Notes under the pieces: model-generated
Seen by the model: only the letters and a program-made list of their open reading frames with translations
Databases searched by the model: none
What the model was told of the DNA's origin: nothing
Translations under genes and position numbers: made by a program
DNA from: Pseudogymnoascus verrucosus
Lineage: Eukaryota
NCBI GenBank assembly: GCA_001662655.1
Contig: KV460236.1
DNA: 57,901 bases
Reading direction: 5' to 3' (one strand)
Shown: piece after piece, positions 41,786-53,955 of the stretch
Layout: every line of letters begins with the position of its first letter
Numbering within the stretch: the first letter of the stretch is position 1

Positions 41786-42091
41786 GGGACGTGTGTCATA
41801 TTGCGCATATCTACCTGGCATGAATACGGCTACATACAGCTTTGAGAGCTGGTGGTCTGTTCTGTGGAGGGGAAATGGAAGGAGGGTGTTCCCGTTTTTA
41901 GAATAAAGCAGGATCTAGATTTAAATGGCTAGAGAGAGGATACTATATTACAAGAGGAGGGGATTAAGGCTTGATATAGAACATAATGAAGTACCGAATG
42001 AAATGAAGTCCAACCAATAATCCCGAATAGCAAAAAAAAAGAAAATAACAAAAAAAACATATTCTGAACCATGAGCTCAGAGAAGAATAAA

Positions 42092-42173
42092 CTCTCTGAC
42101 GGGGAGTCGAACCCCGGTCTCCCGCGCTTTGTCGAATGACAAGCGGAAATCATGACCGTTAGACCATCAAAGA
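42092..42173 (-). tRNA. tRNA-Asp(GTC) with 10-nt intron
   Basis: Reverse complement TCTTTGATGGTCTAACGGTCATGATTTCCGCTTGTCA[TTCGACAAAG]CGCGGGAGACCGGGGTTCGACTCCCCGTCAGAGAG. Acceptor stem TCTTTGA/TCAGAGA, A and B boxes, intron after position 37, and T-rich tracts downstream. Confidence 0.95.
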
Positions 42174-42512
42174 TTGTTGACCGAAAAGGCATAACGGGAA
42201 ACAAGTACCAGAGACGCTTTTCGTGAGTTTTTCAGGGGCTACTAGTTGATGCCTGGCTTCAGAGTCGGGTTTTGTCATTCTCCGATTGCTGAGCCTAGTT
42301 TCTCGCTAGCACAAAAGACTGTTTTTAGAATTATGCACAACACGGCTTCGATTTCTCGAACCTCGGCGAATTATGCCTTAAATCCGGGGCCATTTCAGGT
42401 CACAAGGGGGAGTCAGGTGACATGATTAATCAGCAACAGGTGAGCTTGGTTTTAAGTTCCTGAACATTCTAAATATATGTAGTATAGTAGTTAATTGCTC
42501 GAAAATCTTCCC

Positions 42513-45500
42513 TTAACTAGATGTCTTAGCAAATAAGAGCTTTGTAAGAATCTTCTCGCAGAAGGACGTTAAAGACGTAGCAGTCATAATGTCCAAAGTC
42601 GTTACAAGGCAGCCTAACTCCGTCCTCACCCAGTTACGGATCTCGACGGCAGCTAAGGAGTCTGTCCCGTAGACGCTGATCGGTCTCTCCGGATCCATTG
42701 GCTCCTCAAGCCGCAAAATACGCATAAAGCATCCGTTAATAACATCGATAACGGCTTTCAGTCTCGAGGCGGGATCTGCTGACTCAGTGCGCAGTAAAAG
42801 GAAGAGCGTTTGGATATCAGCGTTAGCATTCTCTCCGCTAGATTTCAGATCCTTAGACCCCTCGTTGTTACTGAAGAGAGGCGAGAAGCGCGCATCAGAC
42901 TTTAGGGCCGAGTCGTCAGGCTGCGGGAAGGTCAAGCCCGTTATCAATGGACTAAATGCCAGCTCGCTGGCAGAGCTGATATCGCTTGCCGCTGGAGAAA
43001 TCTTCTGTTGGAGCATCGCGAAGTAGAGGATCTTGCGCAGTTGACCTTCGTTGAGGCTACGGAACATTCCCTTTTCGGTCGAACTCTGAAGCTTGGCGCT
43101 CTCGGCGATCACACCGGAGTCTTCACTAATACCCAAGTCAATAGAGCACGCTGGCAATCCGCGGGCCCGGCGCCAGGCGGCGAAAGCGTCTAGGAAGACG
43201 TTTCCAGCAGCGTAGTTTGCTTGGGCAACGTGTCCGATGATACCGGAAAGAGACGAAAGCATCGTGAATGAATCGAGCTTCAGTTGGAGGGACTCGGAGG
43301 CATTGTGCAGGTTCCAAGTTCCACGGATCTTGCACTGCAAAGCTTCGTGATACTCGGTAAGTGTCATAGACTCAAAAGGACGATCCTATAGCACGTTGGT
43401 CAGCCGATGTGTGGTATGTAGGTAAGAAATGTCTTCTTAATGTGACTGGTATTGACTAAATCGGGCACTTGGACTTACCCGAAGAACCATGGCACCCTGG
43501 ATGATACCGACAATGGGAACGGTTGTTTGCTTCATGGCCTTAGTGACGGCGTTTGCATCTGTCACATCTGCTATCAGGAGATCGATATGACAGCCGAGCG
43601 CATTGATCTGTTTGATCGCATGTCTTGATTTCTCGTCCGCATAACCGCTCCGCGACATGACCGCGAGATGTTTTGCGCCTTGCTGAGCTAGATAGATCGC
43701 AAGACCTCCACAGAGACCGCGGAGACTGCTGACGATGAGATAGCAACCATTGGTGCTGAGGTTGAGACTCTTTGGCGCTCGTCGAATCTGTACATTGGCT
43801 TAAGTTAACAAACCTGTATTTAACACGATCTCGGGGAGGATTGTTTCTTGAGCAGAAAGGCTTACCGGAGCTTCTATCCCACTATCTTGTGTGAGCACAA
43901 CCTTTCCAATGTGGGTTCCTGGTCGTAGGAATTGGAATGCAGCGGGAATATCGGTCCACGCAAATTTATGGACTGGTGCGATAGGCTTGATGGAGCCTAC
44001 CTCAATGAGCTCAAACAGCTTCGACATCAACCTCGCCACGAGAGAATCGGCCGCCTTCTCAGGGGAGATATCGATGGCTCTGAAGGAGCTGTTGCGATCG
44101 AAAGGAGCCCATGGCAAGCTGTTCCGATCCAAAACGTCTCTTTTACCAAGCTCTACCATGATGCCTCCATCCGCGAGGACTCGGAACGACTCATCCAGCA
44201 CGTCTCCGGTCAAGGAGTTAAGAATGGCGTCCATCCCTCTGCCATTCGTAGCTGACAGGATCTGGTCGCCAAAATCGGTATTGCGCGAGTGGAAGATGCG
44301 ATCATCGGCCAGACCAAAGGCAGACTTAAGGAATTCCTTCTTTTCGGGCGTGCCAACAGTGGCATAAACTTCTGCGCCCACGGACTGCGCGATCTGGATG
44401 GCGGCAATACCTACGCCACCAGCGGCCGAGTGAATGAGGACGCTCTTGCCAATGGACAAGCTGGCATGGTCTAAGAGGGCGTGGATAGCAGTGATGTAGG
44501 CGGTCGGAATCGTCGCTGCCTCCTCAAAGGTCATATAATCGGGAATGCGGTGGAGACGACCAGGTCTGGTGTGAATGCGATTCGCAAAGCATCCTTTGTC
44601 AAAAACCACAACATGATCCCCAACCGAGAGTCCCGATACGCCCTGAGCCACTTTGGTGACTACACCGGCGGCTTCGTGGCCCAAGGCGTTTTCGTCCCCA
44701 GGAGCAGTGCCAACTGTGACATCGTTAGTGTTAATACACATCACTAATACAGTAGACCTGGAGATTCAAGTGTTGCTTACGAGTGACGACTACATCCTTA
44801 TAACTGATACCAGCCGCATGGATTTCAACCTCGACCATACCATCGGCCAAAGGAGACGGCTCCGCATTCACCTCACCAAAGTGCACGGAGTCGAGGTTGC
44901 CTAGTTTCTCGCAGCGCGCTTTGATCATGGTATCACTCTCGTGGAGATCCACGATGTCGGTCTTCCTGTCGCTGGGATGGGTGCTCTGACCGAATGTGAG
45001 ACCACTGTCTCTATAAACGCGGCTGACGTGGACGATACTTCCACGCTCCACAAAGTCGTAGTCAGTGCTTGCACGTGGATCAAACGTCTTTGCGGATGTC
45101 ATGTCCCATATCCGCCCAAGACAGGCCGAGATAGCATCGGTCATTGTACTGCCAGTGCTAGCTTCGACATCGAGCGTGAAAAACGGCACCTGTTCCTCGG
45201 CACGGATCGTAGCAAGGAATCCAACGGCGGCAGCTCGCGTGGGGTCTGTACTTCTGCTCGTTACCCAGAGCAGGGGGCGTTGCACTTTGGAAAGATGCTG
45301 AAGCAGCTCCCATTGCTTCGCATCGATGGTCTCCATGACAGAGGAGAAGAGCTCGTCCAGAACAATCACAATACTGGTGTTGGAGGTAATATCTTCCAGC
45401 GGGTTGGAAGAGTGCTCAAGGAGCCATTTCTGGGTCGCGAGACCGTCACACACCTTCGACACTTCCTCCGAGATGGAGTCTTGGGCAGCCGCGTTCAAAA

Positions 45501-48500
45501 TGCTGACCCGAGTCACGTTCCTTGGGGGAACCTCTGCGTCCCCGTTGATTGGCAAGGCGGTTTTCGTCAGCTTTTCTACACGGCAGATGCTGACGCCATT
45601 GCTTAGATGGATGGTCTTCCCAAGCGAGTCGATGTTGGCAAACCCGTTTGATACGATAAATCCTCGGTCACGGACAGTCAGAGCCAGACTCTGAAGGAAT
45701 CCATCCACCTCTACCATCTCGTCCTGTCCGGGGTTGATGATCACCAGATCAATACTGTCTTCTTTGGTAATCGTCATAGGCTTGGTGACATCCATGACCA
45801 GGTGGAATTGCGGGCTGATGGAACGCGAGTTGAATCTTTCCTGGGCCTGGATCAAGGTCTTGGGATCCCGAACGGCAAAGTTGTACTGCGAGCAGCCAGC
45901 TCGAACGGGATTGTCGGTCTTGTCCTTGCCTTGCTCCAACCAGAGATTCGAGCCATTTAGCAGACTCAAATTGACCTCCAAGACGCTCAGTTCCGGGTTC
46001 TTGTGCGCGATCAAATCGATGACCTGCTGCACTGTCTTGGATCCTAGCCATGTCGTGCTTAAAGTCGACTCGCCTTCCATAAGCATGTCAATGTCAGCGT
46101 TCCAGTTCACGTGCATGAACTGGTGAGGGATCTTCTCCGCGTCGCTCGTCTCCATCTCGGCCCATGCGAGGCCCTTCAGCTGGAACAACAATGAACCATC
46201 CTGAGGGTCGTGCAGATCGACGTTTGTGCTGTAGTTGCGCGCACTCTCAGCGTCTCCGGTGCCCAGGTAGTTTGCAGACGCATAGGCAACGCCTTCGGTT
46301 AGAACACTCGATTTGCGCGCACTTCCGGATTCAATGAGCACGCTGTCAATAGCCTTAGGCACGAGGGCTGGATCACCAGCCTGGGGCAGTTGGCCTTTCC
46401 AGAGAGAAGGTGTTGTAGCTTGAAAGCACCCATCTAACACAGCTGGATGAAGGGGGTACCAAGACTGACCCTCCGGCTGAGATGGAGGAGGCTCCAGGTT
46501 GACGGTTGATCGATTGTATCGCTGGCCCATTGTCGATTCAACCGATATATGTTTCTGAAAGGATGGTCCGAAATTATAGCCCATTTCTGCCATAGTCTTG
46601 TACCACAGCCGTGCGCTTGTGGCGAGCTCTAGTGGCTCGACTGATTTAAGAGTATCTTGGTAGTCGGTCTCCACGCAGACCATGCCGGTACTGTGGACGA
46701 TGTCTACATCAACTCCTTCTTGCTCCGAACACATCTGATACTCATACCACGATGCAGTTGAGCCTCCTCTAACTGGAGTTAGTGCCAAGGAGACTGTAGT
46801 CTCTCTCTCCTCAGTGAGGACTAGGGCGCGAAGGAACTTCACGTCACGAAGCCTGAAGCGGTAGCGTGCTGGAGCTATGTGCTTCCATTTAGTGACCATT
46901 GCCGTCTGATACATGGCTTCCACCGCCATGGCGAGATAAGCAGTAGCCTAAAAGGGTGCATAAAGTCAGCGAACAAGCAACTGATTGAGTATTGCCAGGA
47001 TAGACAGAGTTAAACGTACCGGAAACACGACATCAGTGCCCAATCTATGGTCTCTCAGCCACGGCAAGTACGCGAGCTTGATATTAGCTCTGAAGATAGG
47101 AGCATTCCATCCCACGGAGTTGACCTTGGAACCGATCAAGTCATGGTGGATGAATTTTTTGAACCGCCATTCCTTGCTCGCGCGAGTCTCATGCCAATAA
47201 CGTGTTGAATGATTCCAGACGTAATTCGGCATATCAACAATGACATTCGACGTCTGCGCGTTTACCCGATTGACCTTGGCTAGACTGACTTGTTGGTCGC
47301 CCGCTAGAAACAGTCGGGCTGCGGCATCGTACATAGGCATGGTCGAGTCATCGTTTCGCTTGAGAGCCGACGCATACTGGGCGTTCTTGCCCGTGGCTTT
47401 CTTGATTTGGGCGATCGGGCCCGCCAGTGCGTTGCTAGGACCCAGTTCAATGAGGAAATCGGCGTTACTCTGCTTGAGAAGCTCTGCCGTGGCAGTCGCA
47501 AATCGCACGGGCGAAACCATGTTCTGCTTCCAATATGCGGCATCGAGAGCCGTGTTTGGATCGACTACCGCGCTTGTCACCGAGCTAAACATGGCAACGG
47601 CCTTGCTCGTCTTAGGTCGATGCGTAGGCGACTTCTGGAACAGACCGTCTTCGTGCAGCATAGCCTCATATACCTCACCAATCTCTGCCATGTAGCTGGA
47701 ATGGTATGCAAGATCTACAAGGAGTAGCCGCGCGAAATGACCGTCAGCCTGGATCCGGTCACGCAGCTCCTCGAGCTCCGACACAAGTCCGGACAGAGTC
47801 AAACTATTAGGGCTGTTGTAGCAGGCCACTTGAATCTTGTTTTCCTTCTGCTCGAGCAGATATGCCGCAAGCGTGGCTTCGTCAATGCCAGCAGCAAGCA
47901 TGCCCACGGGATCACTGGATTCTATTTTCTTGGACGATTGACCGCGGTAGTAGGCGACCTTGATGGCATCGGAGGAGCTCAAGAGGTTGGCAGCGTAGGC
48001 CGCCGCGATTTCTCCGGACGAATGGCCGACGACGGCCTCGGGAGAGATTCCCCATTCTTCCAGAACTCGGAGGAGGGCAATCTGCAAAGCCGTGACCAAA
48101 GGCTGGGAGAACTCAGGCAGCCGCAACGCCTCAACACTCCGTGTGGCCGTCAACTCCTCCAAGAGCGACCACTTCGGTGGACTTGGCAAGCTCTGAAGAA
48201 CGCTGTCGAGGTACTCAACTGTGCTCTTGGCTAACGGGAAATCCCTGATCAAATTGGCACCCATTGTTGGCCACTGGGCACCTTGACCGGTGAAGACAAA
48301 GGCAACGCGAGGTACTGTCGACATCCGTTTGCCGCGGATCAAGGTGTCCTGGTTGATGAACTGCGGAGTGGAACGGGTGATAGCCACCGCGCCCTGATAA
48401 TGTCTGCTTCGCCGCTCAGAGAGGGTGTAAGCCAAGTCACCGAGCTCAAGTGAAACCAAAGGATTCTGCAGGTGTGAGTTGAATTTCTTAATGTATGTGT

Positions 48501-50178
48501 CCAGCGAGGATTGATCGTTGGCCGAAAAGAATAGCAATGTTGGAGCGGCTTGTGTTTTATTGTCCTGCTCCTCGCCAAAGTCGTCGTCATCATCATCATC
48601 GAAGAAATCGGTTGACACCTGCTTGTACGAGGAGACGTGCCGGGATAACTCTTGAGCATCATTCTCAACCACGGCATGAGCGTTGGCACCTGGTCTGTCA
48701 GCGGTATACCACTATTTCAGGAGCATAATACATACCTCCATACCCGAAAGAGTTTACGCCTGCTCGTCGAATGTTGTCTGCATCTACCTTTGGCCAGGGC
48801 ATCGACATTCGGCTGGCCTTTAGACGCAGGCTTTTCCAGTCAATGTTCGGGTTTGGGTTGAAGAATGTCGGGGTCCCCGGAATGACGCCCTTTTCCACCG
48901 CCATGGTGGCTTTCAGGAGACCCGAAAGCCCTGCTGATGGTTCGGAATGGCCAATATTACTTTTAATCGACCCAATGATAAGCTCTTGGTTATCTTCACG
49001 TCCCTTGCTGAAAACAGATGCTGCGCCCTTGGCCTCGATCGGGTCGCCCGCGAGAGTGCCTGTGCCATGAGCTTCAAGGAACCGCGTCTTTGAGAAATCT
49101 TCCTCCTTGATGTTTGCATTCTTTAGGGCCTGTCTTGTAACAGCAGCCTGTGCCTCTGAGCTGGGATTCGCAATACCGTTGGTTCGTCCCGATGCATTCA
49201 CTGCTGTGCCGCGGATGATTGCTCGAATCGGGTCCCCGTTTCGCACCGCATCGTCTAGTCTCTTCAAGAAAAAACAATTCACTCCTTCTGCTTTGACATA
49301 GCCATCTGCTGATGCGTCGAAACTTTTCGATAGTCCTGAGCCAGACTGTGTCACATGCATCATGCCAATCTCCTCATTGTGCTCTGGGCTGAGCCACAAG
49401 TTGGCTGATCCAACTAACACTGCATCCGCCTGGAAGGTGTCAAGATAGCGACATCCTACGTCTAATGACACAAGTCCCGCTGAGCACGCTGTGTCCACGG
49501 TCATGCTTGGGCCATGTATGTTGAGAAAGTGACTGATACGATTGCTGAGAAGAGCGGGAGCCAGCCCGATCATAACCGATTCGGCTCTATTCTCTGGATC
49601 TCGGTGCTGAATGGCACCATAATCTTGGGAGAAAACCTTAGCAAACATGGCTTTTGAACAAAAATGCTGTCCATACCTATAAAATTGGTTCCAACAATCA
49701 CACCTGTGTTAGTGCCACTGAGAGTCTCCATAGGTATACCACTATTTTCGAGGCACTCATATGCCACCTCGAGCATCTGCCGTTGCTGTGGGTCCATAGC
49801 AATGCACTCTGTACGACTGATGTTGAAGAACTGGCCGTCAAACAAAGCCGGATCCACGTCTTCCATGAACATGCCACCAGGTGACTTCATGGTCCTAGGG
49901 CGTTGGGGATTCTCCTTGTCATAGTGACCAGCCAAGGAAAACCTTGAAGATGGTGGTTCATTCTTAGCCACCCCCCCTCGCTCAAGCAATTCCCATAAGG
50001 CAGTTGGCGAGTTACTGTGACCTGGAAGACGGCATCCCATTCCAACAATCGCAATGGGCACCTGTGTCCTGTGACCCAGCCCTGATATTACCTCATCGTC
50101 GCTGGAGCATCTCTCGCTGTTGCCCGAAGTAGCAACATTATCGAAACTTTCTGAGGAAAGGCTAGATGAAAATGTCAT
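42513..50178 (-). CDS. Highly reducing iterative type I polyketide synthase KS-AT-DH-(pseudo-MT)-ER-KR-ACP, ~2400 aa, 7 exons
   Basis: [101 protein letters not shown]. Six GT-AG introns splice in frame. Confidence 0.95.
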
Positions 50179-50414
50179 TGTGCCGTGTAGTGTACAAGTC
50201 GTTCGGATGAGAGATTGGTCTGACTTCAGAACGTGAGGAGACAGGTGAAAGAGAACTATTCTTTTATCACTTCTCGAGTAGACGTTTATTTCTCAGTGAG
50301 GAATACCAGTCCCATACACTCACTCACATGTTACTACCATAATGGTGGGGCCATATGCTTATCTGTTCCCCTGTAAGCTATATCTTTTCATTTGCACCCG
50401 GATCACGATGGTGG

Positions 50415-50436
50415 CTTACATGCATGTGCATGTAAG
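50415..50436. promoter_or_regulatory. Perfect inverted repeat CTTACATGCA-TG-TGCATGTAAG in the PKS/hydrolase divergent promoter; candidate TF site
   Basis: 10-bp perfect arms with a 2-bp spacer. The same half-site recurs at 52155-52181 and 56163-56170. Confidence 0.5.
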
Positions 50437-50642
50437 TAGACTTGGCAATGGCAAGAAATGATAATGCTTACAACCTCAACTCACCCGTAGTAGCAATCCA
50501 TAATTTGTGTCACCATTCGACGCCGTTCTGTTGCCAACTCGAGGCCTCCTTTGTTCTTTTAGTTCAGCTACATCTGTGCTCCCCGTATTCGAAGTGCAGT
50601 ACATTTGTCGATATCTCGCATACACCGACTAATCTCATCACA

Positions 50643-51578
50643 ATGGATTCCATTCGCAAAGAAGATGTTGAATTTAAAACGCTGGACGGGCTCACGCTTC
50701 GTGGCTGGCTCTTTGCAGGTCCTCCAAACGGACCCGCCATTATAATGACCCCAGGATTCAATCTCACCAAGGACATGATCATTTTCGAAGCTGGTCAATA
50801 TCTGAATGCAGCTGGTTTTACTGTCTTGGGCTATGATCCAAGGTGTATTGGAATGAGCGACGGCAAACCGCGCAATGACACTCAGCCTATGAAGAATGTG
50901 GAAGACTATCATGATGCCCTCACTTACCTCAAGGTGCACAGGCGAGACTTGGTTGATCCTAACAGAATCGCATTCTGGGGTTACTCGTTTAGTGGTGCTA
51001 TTGCTTTATGTGCAGCCGCCCTCGACAAACGGGCCAAAGCCGTCATAGCCTGTGCGGCTACCACCACCTGGGAATTCACGAAGTGGAAACAGGTTCTAAG
51101 CAAGGCGATGAAAGATCGGGAGTCGCAATTAGCTGGAAACGAGGGCATGTACTTACCACTGCTCACCGAGACTGGTGAACAACCTGCTGGCTTGGGCACC
51201 GGCTACCAGAAGGAGGATGTCCTGGGTATCATCAAGCGTCACGCCTCCATCGAACCAAGCTTCATACCTCGAACTACACTGCAGACCTACTATAACATTG
51301 CCGCGTTTCGTCCTATGGCGCTCATGTGTTTCGTGGATCCTACTCCAGCTTTACTCATGACGGGCGAGAACGATGAAATATCGCCACCAGAGATGCAAAG
51401 GAAGCTGATCTATGATGCGATCACAGGACCAAAAGAGTTTGTGACAATAAAGAACAGGGCACATATGGATATCCTGACTGGTGACGGATCTTTGGAGGTT
51501 TTTGAGAAGCAGGCGGACTTTCTAAATCGTATGATGCCAGCTCAAAAGGGTACCAATGGCATTCACAAAATCAGATGA
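50643..51578 (+). CDS. Alpha/beta-hydrolase of the polyketide thiohydrolase/transferase family (Bref-TH/DcsB/Fma-AT type)
   Basis: DVEFKTLDGLTLRGWLF, IMTPGFN, YDPRCIGMSDGKPRND, nucleophile elbow WGYSFSG, Asp (GENDEIS) and His (RAHMD). Intronless and head-to-head with the PKS. Confidence 0.88.
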   Translation: MDSIRKEDVEFKTLDGLTLRGWLFAGPPNGPAIIMTPGFNLTKDMIIFEAGQYLNAAGFTVLGYDPRCIGMSDGKPRNDTQPMKNVEDYHDALTYLKVHRRDLVDPNRIAFWGYSFSGAIALCAAALDKRAKAVIACAATTTWEFTKWKQVLSKAMKDRESQLAGNEGMYLPLLTETGEQPAGLGTGYQKEDVLGIIKRHASIEPSFIPRTTLQTYYNIAAFRPMALMCFVDPTPALLMTGENDEISPPEMQRKLIYDAITGPKEFVTIKNRAHMDILTGDGSLEVFEKQADFLNRMMPAQKGTNGIHKIR

Positions 51579-52340
51579 GTGACGAATGGTCCGTTGGTTT
51601 TGTCTCTTTCTCTGTTTATAGACGAGATAATATAGAACTTGACGGAAGCTGGATATTTTGAATCAAGTCTCTTGCGGATCTACCATATCTATGAAGATGT
51701 GATCAGAAGCTCTTGTGCAGATCTTCTTGTGCAGAACCCCTGGTGCAAAAACGTCATTGCCATCTTGTCACTCGAGCCCATGGTCTACTGTACAAGAAAC
51801 CGCATTCTACCAATTGACATTGGATACATGGTCTCACCATCTACGGCTGGCTCCCAAAAAGCTACTGCTTGCTTCGCCATAAAGGCGGCTAACAAACGAA
51901 GAGTATTTGTAAACTAACGTACCTCAGAATTGCTCTGCTTCAGATACTTGCTGAATGTCGTCACCCAGGAGTTTCAGGACAATTTCAATGCCAACGCCTG
52001 ACGTGCCCCGTCGCACCCAGTGTCCAGCTTTGAGTGGTCGTAATCACAAAGACGAAGATAGCTTTGTAAAGATTTCACATGGAATCACGGGACAGGCATT
52101 TTGCGTCGGGTTGAATCAATACTAGTTTGGGTACGTGAGTTAGCAGGACATTATCTTACGTGCGCCATATATGCATGTAAGAAACTTCCAAATCTGCAAA
52201 TCAGATACACGAGAGCTTAGCGCCGATCTCTCACCGATACAGATCTGGGTGGATCGTATGTACCATAGGGGCTATCAGATAGAGCACATGCGAGCTTACC
52301 GACGATCTCCCGCGTATAGAGTCTAGTGGATCCTATGCGC

Positions 52341-52455
52341 TAAGGGTGGGAGATAGTCCGTATCCGTGCGGATTGTATGTGCTACGGGGTGGGTTAGGGA
52401 GTGGAAGATAGTCCGTGGATTGCCTGCGTGTCTTAAGGGTGGGAGATAGTCCGTA
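52341..52455 (+). repeat. Direct repeats TAAGGGTGGGAGATAGTCCGTA (52341-52362, 52434-52455) with a degenerate middle copy (~52395-52416)
   Basis: Two identical 22-mers flanking TAGGGAGTGGAAGATAGTCCGT. Confidence 0.8.
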
Positions 52456-52848
52456 CTTTGATTATAAACACACTGTAGTTTGTAATAACGTTGTAATAAC
52501 GGGTGTGGCGTGGCATTTTCATCCTTGTGATAAACGTGCACACATATCCATGCATATTACAGTACCGACCACCTTTCGTAAACTTGCTCATACCTGTTGT
52601 GAAACTGGAAGCCAAGGTTAGACTTAAATCTAACTATAACCTTGTTTTAGTCAACGTGTTCTTCAACTGGTCGTCTAATACGTCAATCAGAGATAGCAGG
52701 TATCAGCCTATAAAGATAATCTCAGCCATAAATTCAAGCTTTTCAGTTATATAAGCCCGGCAGTTAAAAACGTATTTCACATGCGGGTGGGCTGCACAGG
52801 CGGGTAAGTGGGATATGATAGTGGTACAGCACAATTCTTATTATTCAG

Positions 52849-53955
52849 CTAACCCCCTGTTATCCTTGGCTCCAACGCGTCCAACAATATTTCCACAATC
52901 TCCTCATGTCCCTGCTTTACTGCAAAGTGCAGGGCATCCAACCCATGTTTATCTACAGCCTTGGGATCAGCTCCGTGCTTCATGAGAGTTTCTACCATCT
53001 CTTCATCGCCAGACTGCACGGCGACATGGAGGGCTGTGCGGCCATCGCTGTCCTGCTCGTTGATGGTAGACACCCCGCGGCGGAGTAACAGACGGATCAT
53101 GGACTTTTTCCGGGTGCGGATTGCCACGTGCAGGAGTGGGATCCTCGTTGGGGAGGTTTGGTACGAGATGTCTGAAGGCTGTGTTGCGAATAATTGTCCC
53201 ATGCTGCTCGTGCGGCTGATGGATGAGCTGCCACCTGGAGAATAGGAGTTGGCGGGAGAGGGGTAGGGTGGGGAGAGAGATGCCGAAGAAGGCGTGTTTA
53301 CAGCCGGAGGAGTTGCTGCCCCACTTGGAAGTAACCGCCGCTGATACATAGCCAAGGCGCCGTCGTTCGATTCCGCCCAAAAAGCCACTGGCTGCGGGCA
53401 GTAACGTTGGTGAGACTCGGCGTCCGTTAAATCTGAATCGAAGAGTCCCTCAAACGTGATATCTAGATATGAAGGGTTTGGTATTATATTGTTCTCCAGC
53501 ATTGCGTCAAATGTATATGGTACCTGAGGCGACGAGGTTCCGGAAGAGGCGGAAGGCGTACGCCACTGAAATGAGGCGTCATCCAAGCTCCACAACGAAG
53601 ATGCCAGACCCTCACAGTTCGGGAGGAGTTCGGATTCTTGCTGATAGTACAGGTCCTCGCCGTGCGCAGTATCCACAGTATCCACAGCTTCCATAGCATC
53701 CACAGCGCCCGCAGCATCGAGATCGTTGGAAGTAGCGGCGTCGGGTTGGTCTGCGCTTGTAGTAGCATTGGTTTTCTGCCGCTCTACCATGAAATGTCAG
53801 ATACTCGTCCATTGACCAATGTTCACGGGCCGAGGGCCAGGGGGGGCTTCACCTCTATATCTTCGCTGTGCGGCACGGTTTTGCAGTCTTCTCTGGGCAG
53901 ACACTGTACGTTTTTGTTCGACGCCAAAAATGCTGTTATGTTCTACACCCGACAT
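52849..53955 (-). CDS. bANK transcription factor (bZIP-type basic region + C-terminal ankyrin repeats; ToxE-like architecture); exons 53955-53853 and 53783-52849
   Basis: Exon 1 MSGVEHNSIFGVEQKRTVSAQRRLQNRAAQRRYR splices (GTGAAG..CTGAC..TAG) in frame to ERQK. No leucine zipper follows. C-terminal ankyrins PLLHVAI, GRTALHVAV and GLDALHFAV. Confidence 0.85.

Noticed and set aside
45600..46050. Functional C-methyltransferase domain in the PKS
   Set aside because: Only a degenerate remnant ([13 protein letters not shown]) is present, without the SAM-binding GxGxG motif.
50442..50642. N-terminal extension of the hydrolase ORF (378-aa call)
   Set aside because: It starts at a non-ATG codon. Family similarity begins at MDSIRKEDVEF (ATG 50643, good ACAATGG context).
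52304..52313. ToxE 'tox-box' (ATCTCNCGNA) as the bANK site
   Set aside because: Only an imperfect match (ATCTCCCGCG) was seen, and I found no perfect copies in cluster promoters by eye.
52341..52455. CRISPR-like repeat-spacer array
   Set aside because: Eukaryotic context, only 2-3 copies with irregular spacing, and no cas genes.
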